In this document: positions 27,536-40,839 of the stretch, piece by piece
Numbering within the stretch: position 1 is the stretch's first letter
How the letters are laid out: each line of letters begins with the position of its first letter
Source of the DNA: Ramazzottius varieornatus
Taxonomy: Eukaryota > Animalia > Tardigrada
DNA length: 64,000 nt
Assembly (NCBI GenBank): GCA_001949185.1
Contig: BDGG01000021.1
Coordinates: forward strand, 272,817-336,816
Direction of reading: 5' to 3'
Notes under the pieces: generated by a model
Told to the model about the DNA's origin: nothing
The model's database searches: none
What the model saw: only the letters and a program-made list of their open reading frames with translations
Program-made: the position numbers and the translations under genes

Positions 27536-29179
27536 TTAGCCGAAATAAACGGCGAGGAAGATGGTTAAAGCTACAAGGATTAGTAGAATGATGGTGGCGA
27601 TGATCAACTTGGTTTTACGATGGCGAGCCCGTTTGCGCATCTTTTGGGCTTCCTTGAGCAAAGAGCCAGTGTTCTCGATCGTGCTGGAAGTCAAGTCGAC
27701 CGTTGTCTCGATCTTGTTAACCGTTTCACCCTGGAAATATGGTAATGGAAAAGATGGTTGGCTCTTGATGCGACATGTGGCATTAGACCAACCTGAGCTT
27801 CAATCATTAGGGCCACATCGGCAAAAAGACCGTGAACTTCAATGATACTCTTTTCTAGCGTTTTCAGTTCGTCATGACGGGCTTCCAGATCTCGCAGCGT
27901 TTCTTTGGCCTTGTCTGATTCAGCGATAATCTGCACAGTGGGTACAACAGTTAGATGGCCACTACGCAGCGTCAAGAAAAGGCCCTTCCTTACTCCTTGC
28001 GTGAAAATCAGCGGCCTTGGATTATCGGAATCCAATATTTCGTTGACTTTCTCATCACTGAGGTCGCTGTTTCCGGCTATTCAGGACAACAAACCAAAGG
28101 TTAACGCAGACCAAACATTGTCAAACTTTTCTGTTATTGTTGCGTTTGCCGTACCAATTTGGAGTTGCCGCTTAAGTCTTTGAACGCATTGTTTGTGATA
28201 AGTATTCTGTAGCAGACCATATTCAGAGACCAGTTCCGTCAATCTTCGGGCAAGACCAGATTGCTAAGACAATAAAGACAGGACAGTTGTCGGTAATAAG
28301 GGAATCCTATGGCGGTATATATGCGGCGTACCTGGACTTTGCCTATCCTGGCTTGCGCAATTTGGCCATTACCTTCGGCTAGTTGGTTTTGTCGGTCCAA
28401 ATCTGCATATGTCAGCAAGAACATCAGCTTGATTTGACAGGGACTGCGTGACAAAGTACATGGAAATATGGTTACCCAAGAGTAGAGTTCGTGTTTGAGA
28501 AGAGAGTACTCGGAATTCCTGCACACATCGCTGCAGGTCCTGGTGAGCATCTGCCCGATAAATAAACAAGACATCAGATTGGCCTCAACACATTGGCGTA
28601 CGAGGTATACAGTCAGTTATGCCACAGAACTTTGAGAACATTGTAAACGAAACTTGATGAAACTTCCTGCATCTTATATTGGTGAATAGTTGTGGGGAAT
28701 GCTCACCGCTGTCTGGCAGAGGGAAGGCCAAGATGGACTGCTGCAGGGACTTTATCTTTGCAATGCGACCTGCTAGTAGTTCGATGCTCTGGCTAACTTT
28801 TTCCACCTGGAATTAATGGCAATCATGACGACTCATCTGTCCATAAAACTACACCTTAGCTCAAGCTCCACATGACCGCTTCCAATGTATCAACTTCCAC
28901 AGGATGACTAACCTTCATCAAGAGTGAATCAAGCGAATCGGTGTCCGATGAGGAAGCTATTCTGCCATGTGTCGAATTGCGCGGTTGATCCACATAGGGA
29001 GTTTCACTCAGTCTACGATGCTTCCTGAAGCTGAAAGTGTTGCGGAAAGAGTTCCGGCCCGTATTGTTCTGTAAACACAACCGATACAATATGGCATGAT
29101 GGGTATGCTGGAAAAAAAGTATTTTTGGCTAGGAAGCGATGCGTACCAGGAAGTCGCCTAGACGATCTTTCGGAGCCAT
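27536..29179 (-). CDS. Plasma-membrane syntaxin (syntaxin-1-like Qa-SNARE)
   Basis: First exon MAPKDRLGDFL (N-peptide); SNARE motif DLEARHDELKTLEKSIIEVHGLFADVALMIEAQGETVNKIE; basic juxtamembrane KRARHRK; C-terminal TM helix. Confidence 0.88.
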
Positions 29180-31306
29180 TTATCGGCGAAAGGTAACCTT
29201 TCGAGCAGCAGATCAGAACTTTCTCATGGTTCTCGTCAGCCGGAAGTAGCAGTAACACCTTCAACAAAATGTCTGTCCAGCTGTAAAATGTTTAGTGCTG
29301 CCCGCCTTGATAAGCGTGAGATCATACGTGAAAGGTGCAAAACGTCAACACAAATTCCTTCGGAATGAGGTCGATAACGCGCACAGGTATGCCTATGTGA
29401 CGCGTGTGTTTGCTTGGACTACATGGCACAGAGAGAGTGAAAGGTCTCTGTAGGCAGATAACTAGAGACTACAGCGAGAACTTTCACCAGCCAAAGCTGT
29501 AACAACGTGCAGGTATGCCGACCTCACTAATCGATGAAAAAATACTTGACGCCGATCGTGAAGTGGGGATAGTTCGCCGAGCTGACTCAGCCAACGTATC
29601 AGGTGCGTAATGGCATGAGTCAGGTGGCCATAACCGCCTTTATATGCGGGGAGCTCTTGGCCTACTTCATGGCAGGATCCGGACTCACCTGGTCATGACC
29701 TGCCTTTTCTCTCCATCGTCTGCGTCTCATCGGTAGGGGAAGCCATCGAACGAAGGCCACCAGACTTTGGGTGAAGAGGACGAGAAACTATGTACATATT
29801 ATCATATATTATGCCAGGTACTACTGATGGACAAACTGCATGGTGGCGTCACCTGATGAAGAATATGGGCGCCGTTTGCGTCAAAACTATTTCCTCAAGA
29901 ATTCTCGCAGAGTTCCCTAAACCATCGCACCTGCTTTGCCAGAGTTTCAGTTTGCACAACTTTTCGTTTGAACTCTGGCGAGAATTCTTGCAGCGGAAAA
30001 TGACAGTGTAAAAACGCGCGTCTTTTTTTTAGCTTGGTTGCCCCTCCCACCGTGAGTCGTAGACGCGCTCAAGTTAAGACCGGACGGGCCTGGCTGTGCT
30101 TCTGTGAGTGGCCAGATTCGTTGTTCCAATGGTACGGACCAATAAACTTCGCTTAGCACAGCTAAGGTCTCGCCCGCCTCATATGCTCTGAGCCTACCAC
30201 GAACTGAGCTTCCACACTGTTTTACCGCCTGCTCCCCAGACTCAAACGACTAAGAATTCTGGGGTTGCCGGTTTCCGTCGCTCCCTCGATGCTGTGAAAC
30301 ACGCAGTGTTCCGCAGTACCGCAGCGCGATAGACATCGCGGGGAACAGTCGGGGAATAGCAGTCGTGACTTCAAGAGCTGAAACGTGTAGAAAGAGTTCG
30401 GTACGTCGCAGTAGTGGGAGTTTACTTATAAACTGATGATCTAGTATAGTAATATCATATTAAAGTAGATGATAGTGGATGGTTTGAGCATCTACTATAT
30501 TTAGTAATATTTAGTAAACAGAACTGGGCACCGCATACCAATATTTATATTTTAGTTGCTTGTTTTAGTTGCGATATTTTATTATCATTACGTTGTCCAT
30601 CATCTATAGTTAAATATATTTTAATACGAGTAACGCTACCGCTGATTCGAAAACTGGTTGATTTGCTGAGTCTGATGCGTGTGTGTTACTTTCTCGATGT
30701 GCGATCGCGTCTTATAAAGTGCGCCACACCATAATGATGCCTCTACAGCAGCACAGTAGGGCTACTGCAGAATAAATACCTTCAAACATCGTGCGCCTGC
30801 ATACAGTCTGACACTTCAGCCGGCCATGTTACAGTGTGCAGGTGCAGGGTGCAAGCTGCACTAGAGCATTCTTGCTGGTCTGATGGTTGGGATTCTAGAT
30901 CTTCAGATCTTCCGTCGAGCTCTCCGATATCAAAATATATTTTGATAACAAACCCAACAAAAGTTATACTACAGAAATATTTCATTAGATTCAGTTTTAC
31001 TATAGTAGTGGTCACTTATTAGAACTTTGATGGACGGCGGATATTTATTTTCATTATATTAGATCTCATTAACCCATATTAGAACATCACTATTGTAAAG
31101 GTATCAGATTGTATGAATCTGACCGAAACGTCTTGGATAGCACGTCACGGAAATATCATATATCGGATCATAGTTTTGCCGCGAAATATGTTGCGCGGCG
31201 ACACCAGTTACAATCGTTACCCGGTACTCGACAACTACATCTTCCATCGGGCATAGTTGACGTACTTAACACTTCTAATACCGGGCAATTTCATGCTGGC
31301 AGAATA

Positions 31307-32096
31307 CCGGGGGTACAACTGAGTTTCGCAGCCTTTTAACTGGCTGGATGTACGATAGAGGCGTTTACAGACCAATCACGGTGATCCCCCATGAAGTTGC
31401 GAATGTTACTGCGAAAAACCAACGTAATGTTCCGCCATATGACCGGGGTGCGCCAATGTATTTCATTTTATTTTTCGCTACACTTATTTTGATTTCTTTT
31501 TGCTGCAATGTAAACAAACAACACTATGCTTCGTTAGTCTGTGCGCTGCACAAACATGAACGTTACATGAGCCACAAACAATCATCGTTCTTCGCTCAGT
31601 CTTTCTGGGACAGGGCAATGCGTAAAATGCGTAAAAAGGCAATGCGTAAAATAGAAATCTGAAAAGTTGAATTTACTTCTTGCCACCTTGGCGGCGCCAC
31701 CAGTGGTAGTATCGTTTGTGACGTCATGGGTTGCGCCATATGTCGAAACACCACGAGCAACTTGCGATTTTTTTCTGACCACTGGACAACCGCTAGTTGG
31801 ACGCTGGAGATATAATGTTGTAAAGAAGTGATTGTGAGCTGTTCCGAATTTTTATCCAGCTGTTGAAACGCTTGGCGCGTGAAGGAGAACCTGGAACATG
31901 TTTTGGAAGCAGTTTGCCCTCGAACCTTGTAAAATATTTCTAATTCCGTACGTAGTGTTTAGCCAGCGGTCACCAGCTACATGTCATAGAGAACTTGCCA
32001 CTACAGGCAAACAAAAAATACTGAACCGCCAAAGCTGCACAAGAAGTGATTTGCGGTCAGGTAACCGTGCGCTGCGAAACTGAGTTGTACCCCCGG
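31307..32096. mobile_element. Nested MITE, Tc1/mariner-type (TA TSD)
   Basis: TIR CCGGGGGTACAACT(G/C)AGTTTCGCAGC at both ends with 1 mismatch, flanked by TA on each side. Confidence 0.75.
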
Positions 32097-33115
32097 TATT
32101 ATGAGTGTTGAAATCAGTTAAGCAGAACGAGGCGACTGAAGACTAATACTGAAAACTCAGATAAAAACTGAGTTACGAAAGCTGGTTTACTAGTTCAAGT
32201 GGAATACCCGTGCTCGATTGATCGACAGGACGGAATTGCTGCCCGAGACTGAATACCGCACTGAGATATACGCCCAAACCAGGTACCCGAAAAACACTGT
32301 TGGTTTCGAAACAAACGCTGAATTTTAAGGCTACAGTCAATGTCATGCTACCGCAAAACCGACGTCGCTTGGGGTGCATGTTCTGCAACTGTGGTGCCAG
32401 AAAAGGACTCCCGTTGGCGACCGCAACATCGTCACGCGGATGACGTTTGCGGGTCGATAGTCGCCATGCAACTACAAGAAAAGACAGGTGAGCAGGCCGG
32501 AGAGACAAGAAACCTTGTAGTAACCAGATACTGGCTCGTCTAGATTACGATGAACGACCCTTGCCAGACTCGGTTTCTGGAGTATTGTCCTGAGAAGAAC
32601 ATCGTTATCTCAGAAAGTATTACCGTGTCGAAGATCAGGAGTTGTATGGTACGATTGAATTGTTTTGTCAGTAACATGTGAGCGCGAGCAGCAAAGCACA
32701 TTTGACATAGACAAAGCGGCGAAAAATCTGTATTCTGGAGTATCTGAGTAGTTCAGTTTTCGCTGGATGAGGACGGACATTCGCTGGAGCGCAATCCCCA
32801 GCTCAATCTCTTCTTGTTCTCTGTTTTCCAAGATATCCATATTAAAAGGTGGAATACGTGTATTGTACTGTACAAGGCAACATATCAGTTGAAGCCTCGG
32901 TTCAGCCGTGGCTGCCAAGCTCAGCAAAATATATTTCCCAATGGCGCGCGGGAAACCAACCCGTTTAGTTCGATTAACAAACTCCCTTATATTAATACCG
33001 AGCGCCGCTTGAAAACACCAGTTGTCGCGGATAGTTCTGCTTTCGAATGCCGAATTACAACAAGCGGGATTCTGGTTCGACGTTTATATTCAAAATTCGA
33101 CACTTCAGCGTTTCA

Positions 33116-33449
33116 TAGTGCTGGCATCGATACGGTATACCGATATCGTATCGAAATATATCGAATCTTTGCGATAAGATATGCGGCAGATATCGTGTCG
33201 AAACTATCGATATGAAGCTCATATCGAACAACGAAATAAAATATTCGGCCACATCGTATCGCGCCGAACTAAAATTCCAGAAATATCGATATATCGCTGC
33301 GATATGATAAGATATATCGAAAACACGGTATCGGAAAAATATCGTATCGAAATTTCGATATCGAATGAATATCGAAGACCGCAATAAAATGTCCGCCGAT
33401 ATTGTATCGAAAATATCATATCGGATTTATCGTATTTTTGCCAGCGCTA
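33116..33449. mobile_element. Nested hAT-type MITE with ATATCG/CGATAT-rich interior
   Basis: TIR TAGTGCTGGCA / TGCCAGCGCTA fits the hAT (T/C)A(A/G)NG start; 8-bp flanks GCGTTTCA and GCATTTCA match at 7/8. Confidence 0.72.
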
Positions 33450-34624
33450 GCATTTCAGTTCGGAATCCGCCGAAAAAGAACGATTTTCGGATTCGGTAGG
33501 CGGAATCGGCGCGGGATGCGGAGCTGAAAACCATCTTTACCGCCGAGTAGGCGGTAAAACAGTGTGGAAGCTCAGTTCGTGGTAGGCTCAGAGCATATGA
33601 GGCGGGCGAGACCTTAGCTGTGCTAAGCGAAGTTTATTGGTCCGTACCATTGGAACAACGAATCTGGCCACTCACAGAAGCACAGCCAGGCCCGTCCGGT
33701 CTTAACTTGAGCGCGTCTACGACTCACGGTGGGAGGGGCAACCAAGCTAAAAAAAAGACGCGCGTTTTTACACTGTCATTTTCCGCTGCAAGAATTCTCG
33801 CCAGAGTTCGAGAATTCTACACAAAGTGCGAAACGAAAAGTTGTGCAAACTGAAACTCTGGCAAAGCAGGTGCGGTGGTCTAGGAAACTCTGCGAGCATT
33901 CTTATGGAAAAAACGCGTCAAAAGTTTTGACGCAAACGGCGCCCCATAGAAGAACCCCTCTAAAGTGCTATTGCTCAGTGATGCCATTATGTCGCAGCTC
34001 GCTGTCCTCATTTCGTCAATTACCATCTGGCTCGCGCGTTCTGGCCTAAAAGCCGCAACAAGAAGGTTTCACCAAGCAAGACTTGCCTCCATCATTCCAT
34101 ATCCGTTATTTTTCTCGGCAGACTGCCTATTATGACTTTGCGAAGTAACAATTACAGTTGGGTGCGCATGCGATGCATGTGGTGCGAAGTGGGGCTTCCA
34201 TGACTCAATCGACCAGAGCGAAGGGTGCAGTGTCTGCAGTAGAGTCAAGCTGACCATCGGCTAGCTCAGCTTAGTGTAGAGATGGATGCGGACTATCCTG
34301 ACGGTGTAATCGAGCTGTGGAGATTATAACTTGATTATCCACTTGAGAGCGGCACTGAATATGTAACATGGTCGTCTCTTCAGGGTCGACGAATCATACG
34401 CTACTCAAGTCAGCCGTGGCTGGCAGACCCACCACCATCGTCTCGGGTTCCTCATCGATGGTACATGCTCCCACAGAACACTCCTGCCTGGTCATGATTG
34501 TAACGTAAGAAAGCAGCGGTGAGGTACAGCCCATATAGCCTGTACGCATGTGGGTGAAAGTGGCGGACGTACCGTACAAGATTGGCGCAGTAAAGGATGC
34601 TGAAGAGCACGAGCTGCGCTACAG

Positions 34625-34630
34625 TATAAA
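34625..34630 (+). promoter_or_regulatory. Candidate TATA box upstream of fascin
   Basis: TATAAA about 210 bp upstream of the fascin ATG; position only. Confidence 0.3.
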
Positions 34631-34833
34631 GTACAGTCTGTGTCCTGTTGCATGGGCGCGCCTAATTGCCATCACTTGAAAAGCAGCTAGCTGCACGATG
34701 GCACCTTCTGTCGTCACCCTTCACCACGTTAGCGCATCACCATCAAGACCCATCTGAGCATATACAGTACCCTCAAGCTTGCTCACCCTCTGACTTTATC
34801 CCTTGTCCATCTCTATTCATTGCCAAGGGAAAA

Positions 34834-37318
34834 ATGGCGGCAGTTGCGGGACTTCGAAGTGTCCTTCTGCCCGGCAGCACGGCCAGCTCCTCCTCCAAGC
34901 TGAACGGGCACTTTGTTCCACAACAGGCCGAGCGTCGCCCTCTCAACGCTACAATCAACACCAACTCCATCAACGCCACTTACAGCGACGACAAGCCATC
35001 CTTTACCTGGACTGTCGGCCTCATCAACAGCAAGCAGCGCTACCTGACCGCTGAAACCTTTGGCGACAAAGTCAACGTGACGGGCACCACCTTGAAGAAG
35101 AAGCAGATCTGGACGCTGGTTCCTGGACATGCTTACAATGTCGTGGCTCTGTGTAGTCACATGGGCAAATACTTGTCCATCGATCAATACGGCAACGTCA
35201 CTTGCCAAGCCGAAGACGTTGGCGAAGAGCAGACTTTGACCATTGTGGAAGCCAATGACGGCAGCGGACGATGGGCTTTCCGCAATGAAAAATATCAATA
35301 TTATCTTACCGGAGAAGGCGAAAAGGTAAATTCAAGGAAACGAAACGTTTCCATTTCAAAAGTCCCGTTCTGTTAGCTTTGACCAAAATAAGAATTTTTC
35401 TCTCAATATTCTCCGTCCATCGGACTTTTGTGCATTTTCGGTCACAGTCCACGCACCTATCTCGAGACACGTGGTTCCTCTGTAAAAAAAGAGGGGGGGT
35501 CAATTAACATATTAGTAGTTGATTGCAGCGTTTGATCTTGCTTTTGCAGTTGAGTGGAGTGAATAAAGCGCGTTTAGATGTGGACTACTGGGCAGTGCAC
35601 TTGTGTACACAGCCCATGTGTTGCCTACGCAGCAGTGGTCGAAAGCGTTATGGGCGAATGGCGGGTGACGAGCTGGTGTGTGATCAAGACGTGGCTTGGG
35701 GTCGCGAGGCTCTGCTGAGGCTGGAGTTTACGACGGACTGGCGCTATTCTATCCGCACCTACAGCGGCCTGTACCTCAACCGCAACGGCCAGCTGTCGCA
35801 GGAGCAGGCCAGCCCAGACACGCGCTTCACCCTCGTCTTCTATGCTGGCCAAGTGGCCTTCCGTGATAACACCGGTAAATTCCTCAGTCCATTTGGCAAT
35901 GAAGCTTCGTTGCGCTGCAAAAGCGGCAACATCACCAAGTCCGAGCTCTTTATTCTGGAGCATGCTCAGCCACAATGTGCTTTGCTGGCGCATAATGGTC
36001 GCCTCGTCTCCATCCGCCAAGGTGAGTCAAGCTCTGTAATCCCTAGCATTCACAATCGATCACGTTTCGACCTCAGCCTCGACCGACAAGAGATAAACAC
36101 CCTCGATCGGTTCCTGCCCATCTTGTATACCTCTGAAATTCAATATCAGCGTTATAAAAGAAAAGAAGGATGTAATGGGGTATTGGCGGGAAGCCACAAG
36201 TCCAGCTGCACTTCCGCTTGACATAATGACATTCACGGGCTAATATTTGTGCTGGCAAAGTCAACAGCAATAGTCCGATGACTTGCAGCTTCGCCGCATA
36301 ACCTTGCCGTCTAACAGGGAATTACCAAAGATGCCGCATCTAATTAGCGTCAAATACTGTCAACACTTGAAGCGGGACCAACTAGCAGGCAGCCACACGT
36401 CTAGCTGGTCTTGCTGCAAGTTTACTGTATAACCTGTAAGACCACTACCAGTATACTTGAGTACCTTTCTTGACAGGTGTCGACTTGTCGGCTAATCAGG
36501 ATGTCATGACGGAGAACGAGATCTTCCAGTTGGAAGGCGACCCCACCACTAACAGCTGGCACATTCGCACCCGCCACAACCGCTACTGGACCATCGGCCC
36601 CTCTAATGGCGTCCAAGCTTGCGCCGATCCAGGGTAGGGCACCGCTTCTAACTTAGTAGAAAACCAAAACTGTTCATAATAATTTTAATCTACTGATGTT
36701 AATGTCCACCAGTGGCTCGAACTGGGAAGGAAGCGGCTTCGAACTGGTGTACCCATCAAATGGACAGGGCAAAGTGGCGCTACGCAGCCGGAAGAATGGG
36801 CGCTTTCTGATGGTCCGTCCCACTGGTCATCTTTTTGCTCAGGCCGACGGTGAGGACAATGCCGAAAAGTTTCAGCTCTTGCTCTTAAATCGACCCGTCT
36901 TGGCTCTTCGTTGTGTCCACGGCTTTGTCGGCTTGAAGAACCCCATCTCCTCCGGCAAACTAGAATGCAATAAGTCATCCTTTGAGTGCATCGCAATGGA
37001 AAATGGCCCTGATGGCACGGTTTACTTGAGCGGTAAGTGTCACTTACCTTATAATTATTATCTGTTATACGCTCTCTACTTCCGGTCAGATAACGGCCAA
37101 TGCGTAACACAGGTTCGAACAAGAAGTACCTGGACGTCGGGGAGGACAAGACCATCAACGCCGACTCTGTCGAGCCCAAGCCGTTTTACCTTCAGTTGAA
37201 GAACAACGGCAAGGTTATCCTGAAGGCGCCTAACGGCTATTTTGTTGTGGGAGAACAAAATGGCCTCTTCAAAGCCAATGGAGCAAAGGAACAAGCTGCC
37301 ACGGAGTGGGCCTACTGA
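34834..37318 (+). CDS. FSCN1: Fascin (singed) actin-bundling protein
   Basis: WTVGLINSKQRYLTAETFG..VN..G.TLKKKQIWTL; LLAHNGRLVSIRQGVDLSANQD; LLNRPVLALRCVHGFVG; C-terminal LFKANG...EWAY. Confidence 0.93.
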
Positions 37319-37681
37319 AGAACACCGCGCACTGGCCTCCTTTGTAAATACTTTGGGCTAGAAATTACCCTTTTTTTACTTTTTGTGAAATTTTCTTTCC
37401 TTTGCTGTGCTGTGCTTTGCTTTGCTTTGGGTAGTTTATGTAAACACATTCGGTTTCCTCTCCTTCATTTGACACGATCCACGCTTGATAAAATTTATAC
37501 GGTAGCAGGCTTCTGCAAAGAGCAAGTCGATGAACAAGCAGAAAAAGCGATTATTTTCGTAAGGTTTCAAATCTTGCATGAATCACCGGGCCAATGTGGA
37601 GCTAGGGCTTCTGGAAATGAGGGTATATTAGGTAGCGGGAATGTGTGGAAGGAAATCAGAAGAGGATACGAATAGGAGGGA

Positions 37682-39752
37682 TCAGTGGCCATCGTAGCGA
37701 GTGAGGACTCGGGCCATGGAAGGCAGCATTTGCCCCTGGACAGGACCATACTGGATGCGCTCACCGTCAATGGTCATGATGCCATCCTTGTCGCGGGGCT
37801 CCAGGCGGAAGGCCCTGATGGCCACCATCTGTACATAGGGCGACTTGAGGTGGTCGCCGGTGCTGAGGTTGAGCAAGAAGCTGGTTACCGCCGTCTTGGG
37901 CAGGCCGCCTTTGACCCAACACAAGTAACCTAGTCCGTCGTTCAGCTGGGCCCACGGTACTGCAACACTGGAGGCAGCTATTCGGCTGCAAGAGAGAATA
38001 GGTCAGCGGCAAGTGACCTATTCCCTTTCTTCATAAGGCATTCTCCTCCAGAGAGTCAGAGAGCTAGCTACCTTCAATGACAACTGACCTGGTCAATGTC
38101 ACGTAGACTGAGATGAACTGGCCTTCAACGCTTATCCAGCTGTCAGGAAGGGGACAGCAAAGAGGGACCAGCAGGTTGGTGGCAGGTCTGGAGGGCACGT
38201 TGACGTAATCACCGCTTGCCGCTATGTCCACTTCCGGGGCAGCCAGCCAAGCGTTGCTTTCGTCGGCCGGAAGGTACGAAAGCTTCCCGCCGTAAGACCG
38301 TAAATCTAAGCAGAGGCCTTCCATTGAGACTTGGGACTGTCAGTAGTTCAACCACACAAAGACAGCGGATGGTGTAGCAGCGAGCGAGAGGAACCTACCC
38401 AAGACTCGTTGAAGAGCTCCCACCGTGAAGCGGTTCTCGCCCAGCTTGCGAAACTTCTCCGACTCAATGTCGATATCGGCAATGATACCCCAGCCGAAGG
38501 ACAGGAAGGCATAGCGCTGAGACGTTAAAGACTGGACGTAAAGGAGATCCAGCGGCTGGGGAATGCAACGGGTCAACAGCAGGGCAGCGTGCTTGACAAA
38601 GTCATGGCTGAACGGCTCTCTACAGACAAGAAGCTGATTTGATACACCATATGCCACTCTTACCCTACTTCCAAGTTCCTTCTCATTTTCCCCCAAAACA
38701 TATTTCAATAGCCTGCTTGTCCGTCTCTCACCCACATGCCTGGTGAATACTGGCCGCCAAGGCATTACCGGAGCCAGCGGGTATTAGTCCCAACGGTGTC
38801 TTGATGGCTCTCCGCCAGTCCGCTCGTTCCATCAAACCGTTTATGGCTTCGTAAATCAAACCTGTAAACCAACGTCATCTATTATCCACTGCGCAACCAG
38901 CACAGTCCCACTTCATATATAAACTATGCAGCCATGACATGCCAAAAGGAAGCAAATTGCTCACCATCACCGGAAACGAGAATGACAGCAGAATACCTAT
39001 CCAGGTTGAGGCTTCGGACAATCTCTCCGACATGGCCTGCTCGTTCTGCAAGAAGAGAAAGGACGATAAGCTATCAGTAGTGAAGAAGTGCGCCTGAATC
39101 AGCGGCCAAACTCACCGCTGATGACAGTATCAAAGTTGATCTCAGCCTCGGAAAATATCGGCAAAACCCGTTCTTGGAAGAGCTTGACGGCTTTTCCAGG
39201 TCCGCCAGCCGGGTTGATGAGCACCAGCCATCTTCTGCTGTAATGAGCACAGACACCTGCAGACAGAAAAACTGTGCCCATTGGTAAATGTAGTCAGGAA
39301 GGAGGACGTGGTTAGGGGAGATGTGACTAACTTATGGGACGAAGCAAGGCCAGGATGGCTTCTCTCCACAGCGAGGCTTTCTGCAGGTTATCCGTAAAGA
39401 CCACAGAGCTGGCCACCACGAAGACGAGCACTACTCGGCATCGACGAGCATCGATACTGCCCGTGATGGTTCGACCCCGTGGATAGACGTAGATGGTCAA
39501 GTAGGCCCGCTGATCCGTCAGCACTTTGCCCTTCATGCACTGTACTCCGATAATGTCTTGTAAGAGAATGACTTTGCCCTTCGTTCTAGGAGCTCCAACG
39601 GGACTGTATTGGATAGTGGAAGCCAAGAGTTTAACGTCCTGTTCTTTGCCCGATGATAAGAGGACGAATCGTTCCTGGAGGATATCCTTGGCGTCACTCT
39701 CCTGAGTTTCCTCCATTACAGTCGTTGCCGTCGTCCTCGACGCTTCAGCCAT
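37682..39752 (-). CDS. SPHK: Sphingosine kinase
   Basis: VLINPAGGPGKA; VSGDGLIYEAINGL; PAGSGNALA; GWGIIADIDIESEKFRKLGENRF; GIMTIDGE. Confidence 0.93.
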
Positions 39753-40839
39753 TGTTGCATTCGGGTCACATCGTCTGTCAAGCAGCGTAGAGTAGTTCTT
39801 GATAATCCTAATTTGCCAGCGACGTTTGCCTTCTTCTTGCCGTCATACTTTTGATGCACCGTGCTGCGCCTAATTATAGACTCTCACTCACCATCATCGT
39901 AGCCGCCTAGCGCCTCGGGCAGTAGCACATCAAGAGCATATGTACCAAGGTCGTTCCATGCATCACAACAATCTCAACTATTTTCGATTCCCAATTTACA
40001 ACACCGTTTCCGCAGGCCACAGGAAGAATAGTCTGCGCAGAAACTGCCGCAAGAACTCAATAGGCTAAAGACGCTAAACATTAAGGGATCACAAAGATAG
40101 GTTACAACGCTGGTGTAATTGCCTCCACCCACACCCTTAAGATTGGCCTATTCGTTACACCAGACATTACACTTTCGGTTTAATTACGAGTCGCTCCGGA
40201 ACGACTCGTAATTACACCAGACTTAACCCACATCCCGAGTTCGCTGTGCTCCCCTCTAAACTGTCAAATGTCGCTTCCATGATGAAGTTTCTTGCTACTC
40301 GTCCTACTGGTGAGTGTATGGTGGTTTCTCCGACATCAAAGATCTCATAATTCTCCGATCGTACTTACCTGCAGTGCGGGGCTTTCACAGCGAGCAGTTA
40401 TACCGCTTTCCTAACTGGTCAAAAAAAATTTGTGGGCGTATCCACCAAAGTAGCTCCTGTAATTATACCACCAAGCCAGCTTGGTCTTTGTAAGCCCTTA
40501 TTAAAGTTCCGTATAATTGCGATACGCATACGGAAGTACGGAACTCTCTTCACTGGCCTCAAATCCCCTTTTACTGCAGTGTGTCCTATTGATTGTTGAT
40601 CAGTTACGTGGATTTCAGGGCCAATCAACAATCAGTCGATTGTGCTGCAGTCAAATGAGGGTTTGAGGGGTTTACTTTGCGGCTTTGCCCTCGTTGTATC
40701 CTTTCCTCATTTAATTATTTTTCTCTGATTATTTCCGGCGTAAAAAGGTCGATGGAGAGTTGTTTCCACTGCCTGCTGAACCCACACCTGCAAACTATTT
40801 TTTGTTTCGAAGGAGGTTGTCGAGAAGCTAGACATCAGG

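Larger units (their letters stand above)
29864..33948. mobile_element. Non-autonomous DNA element with about 370-400-bp terminal inverted repeats and 6-bp TSD (GAAGAA)
   Basis: 29864-30233 is a near-identical inverted copy of 33545-33948 (the same spurious ORF MLSEVYWSVP appears on opposite strands). GAAGAA lies immediately outside both ends (29858-29863, 33949-33954). No transposase seen inside. Confidence 0.75.

Noticed and set aside
29947-33853. Duplicated ORF MLSEVYWSVP on opposite strands
   Set aside because: By-product of the terminal inverted repeats; non-ATG start and no coding signature.
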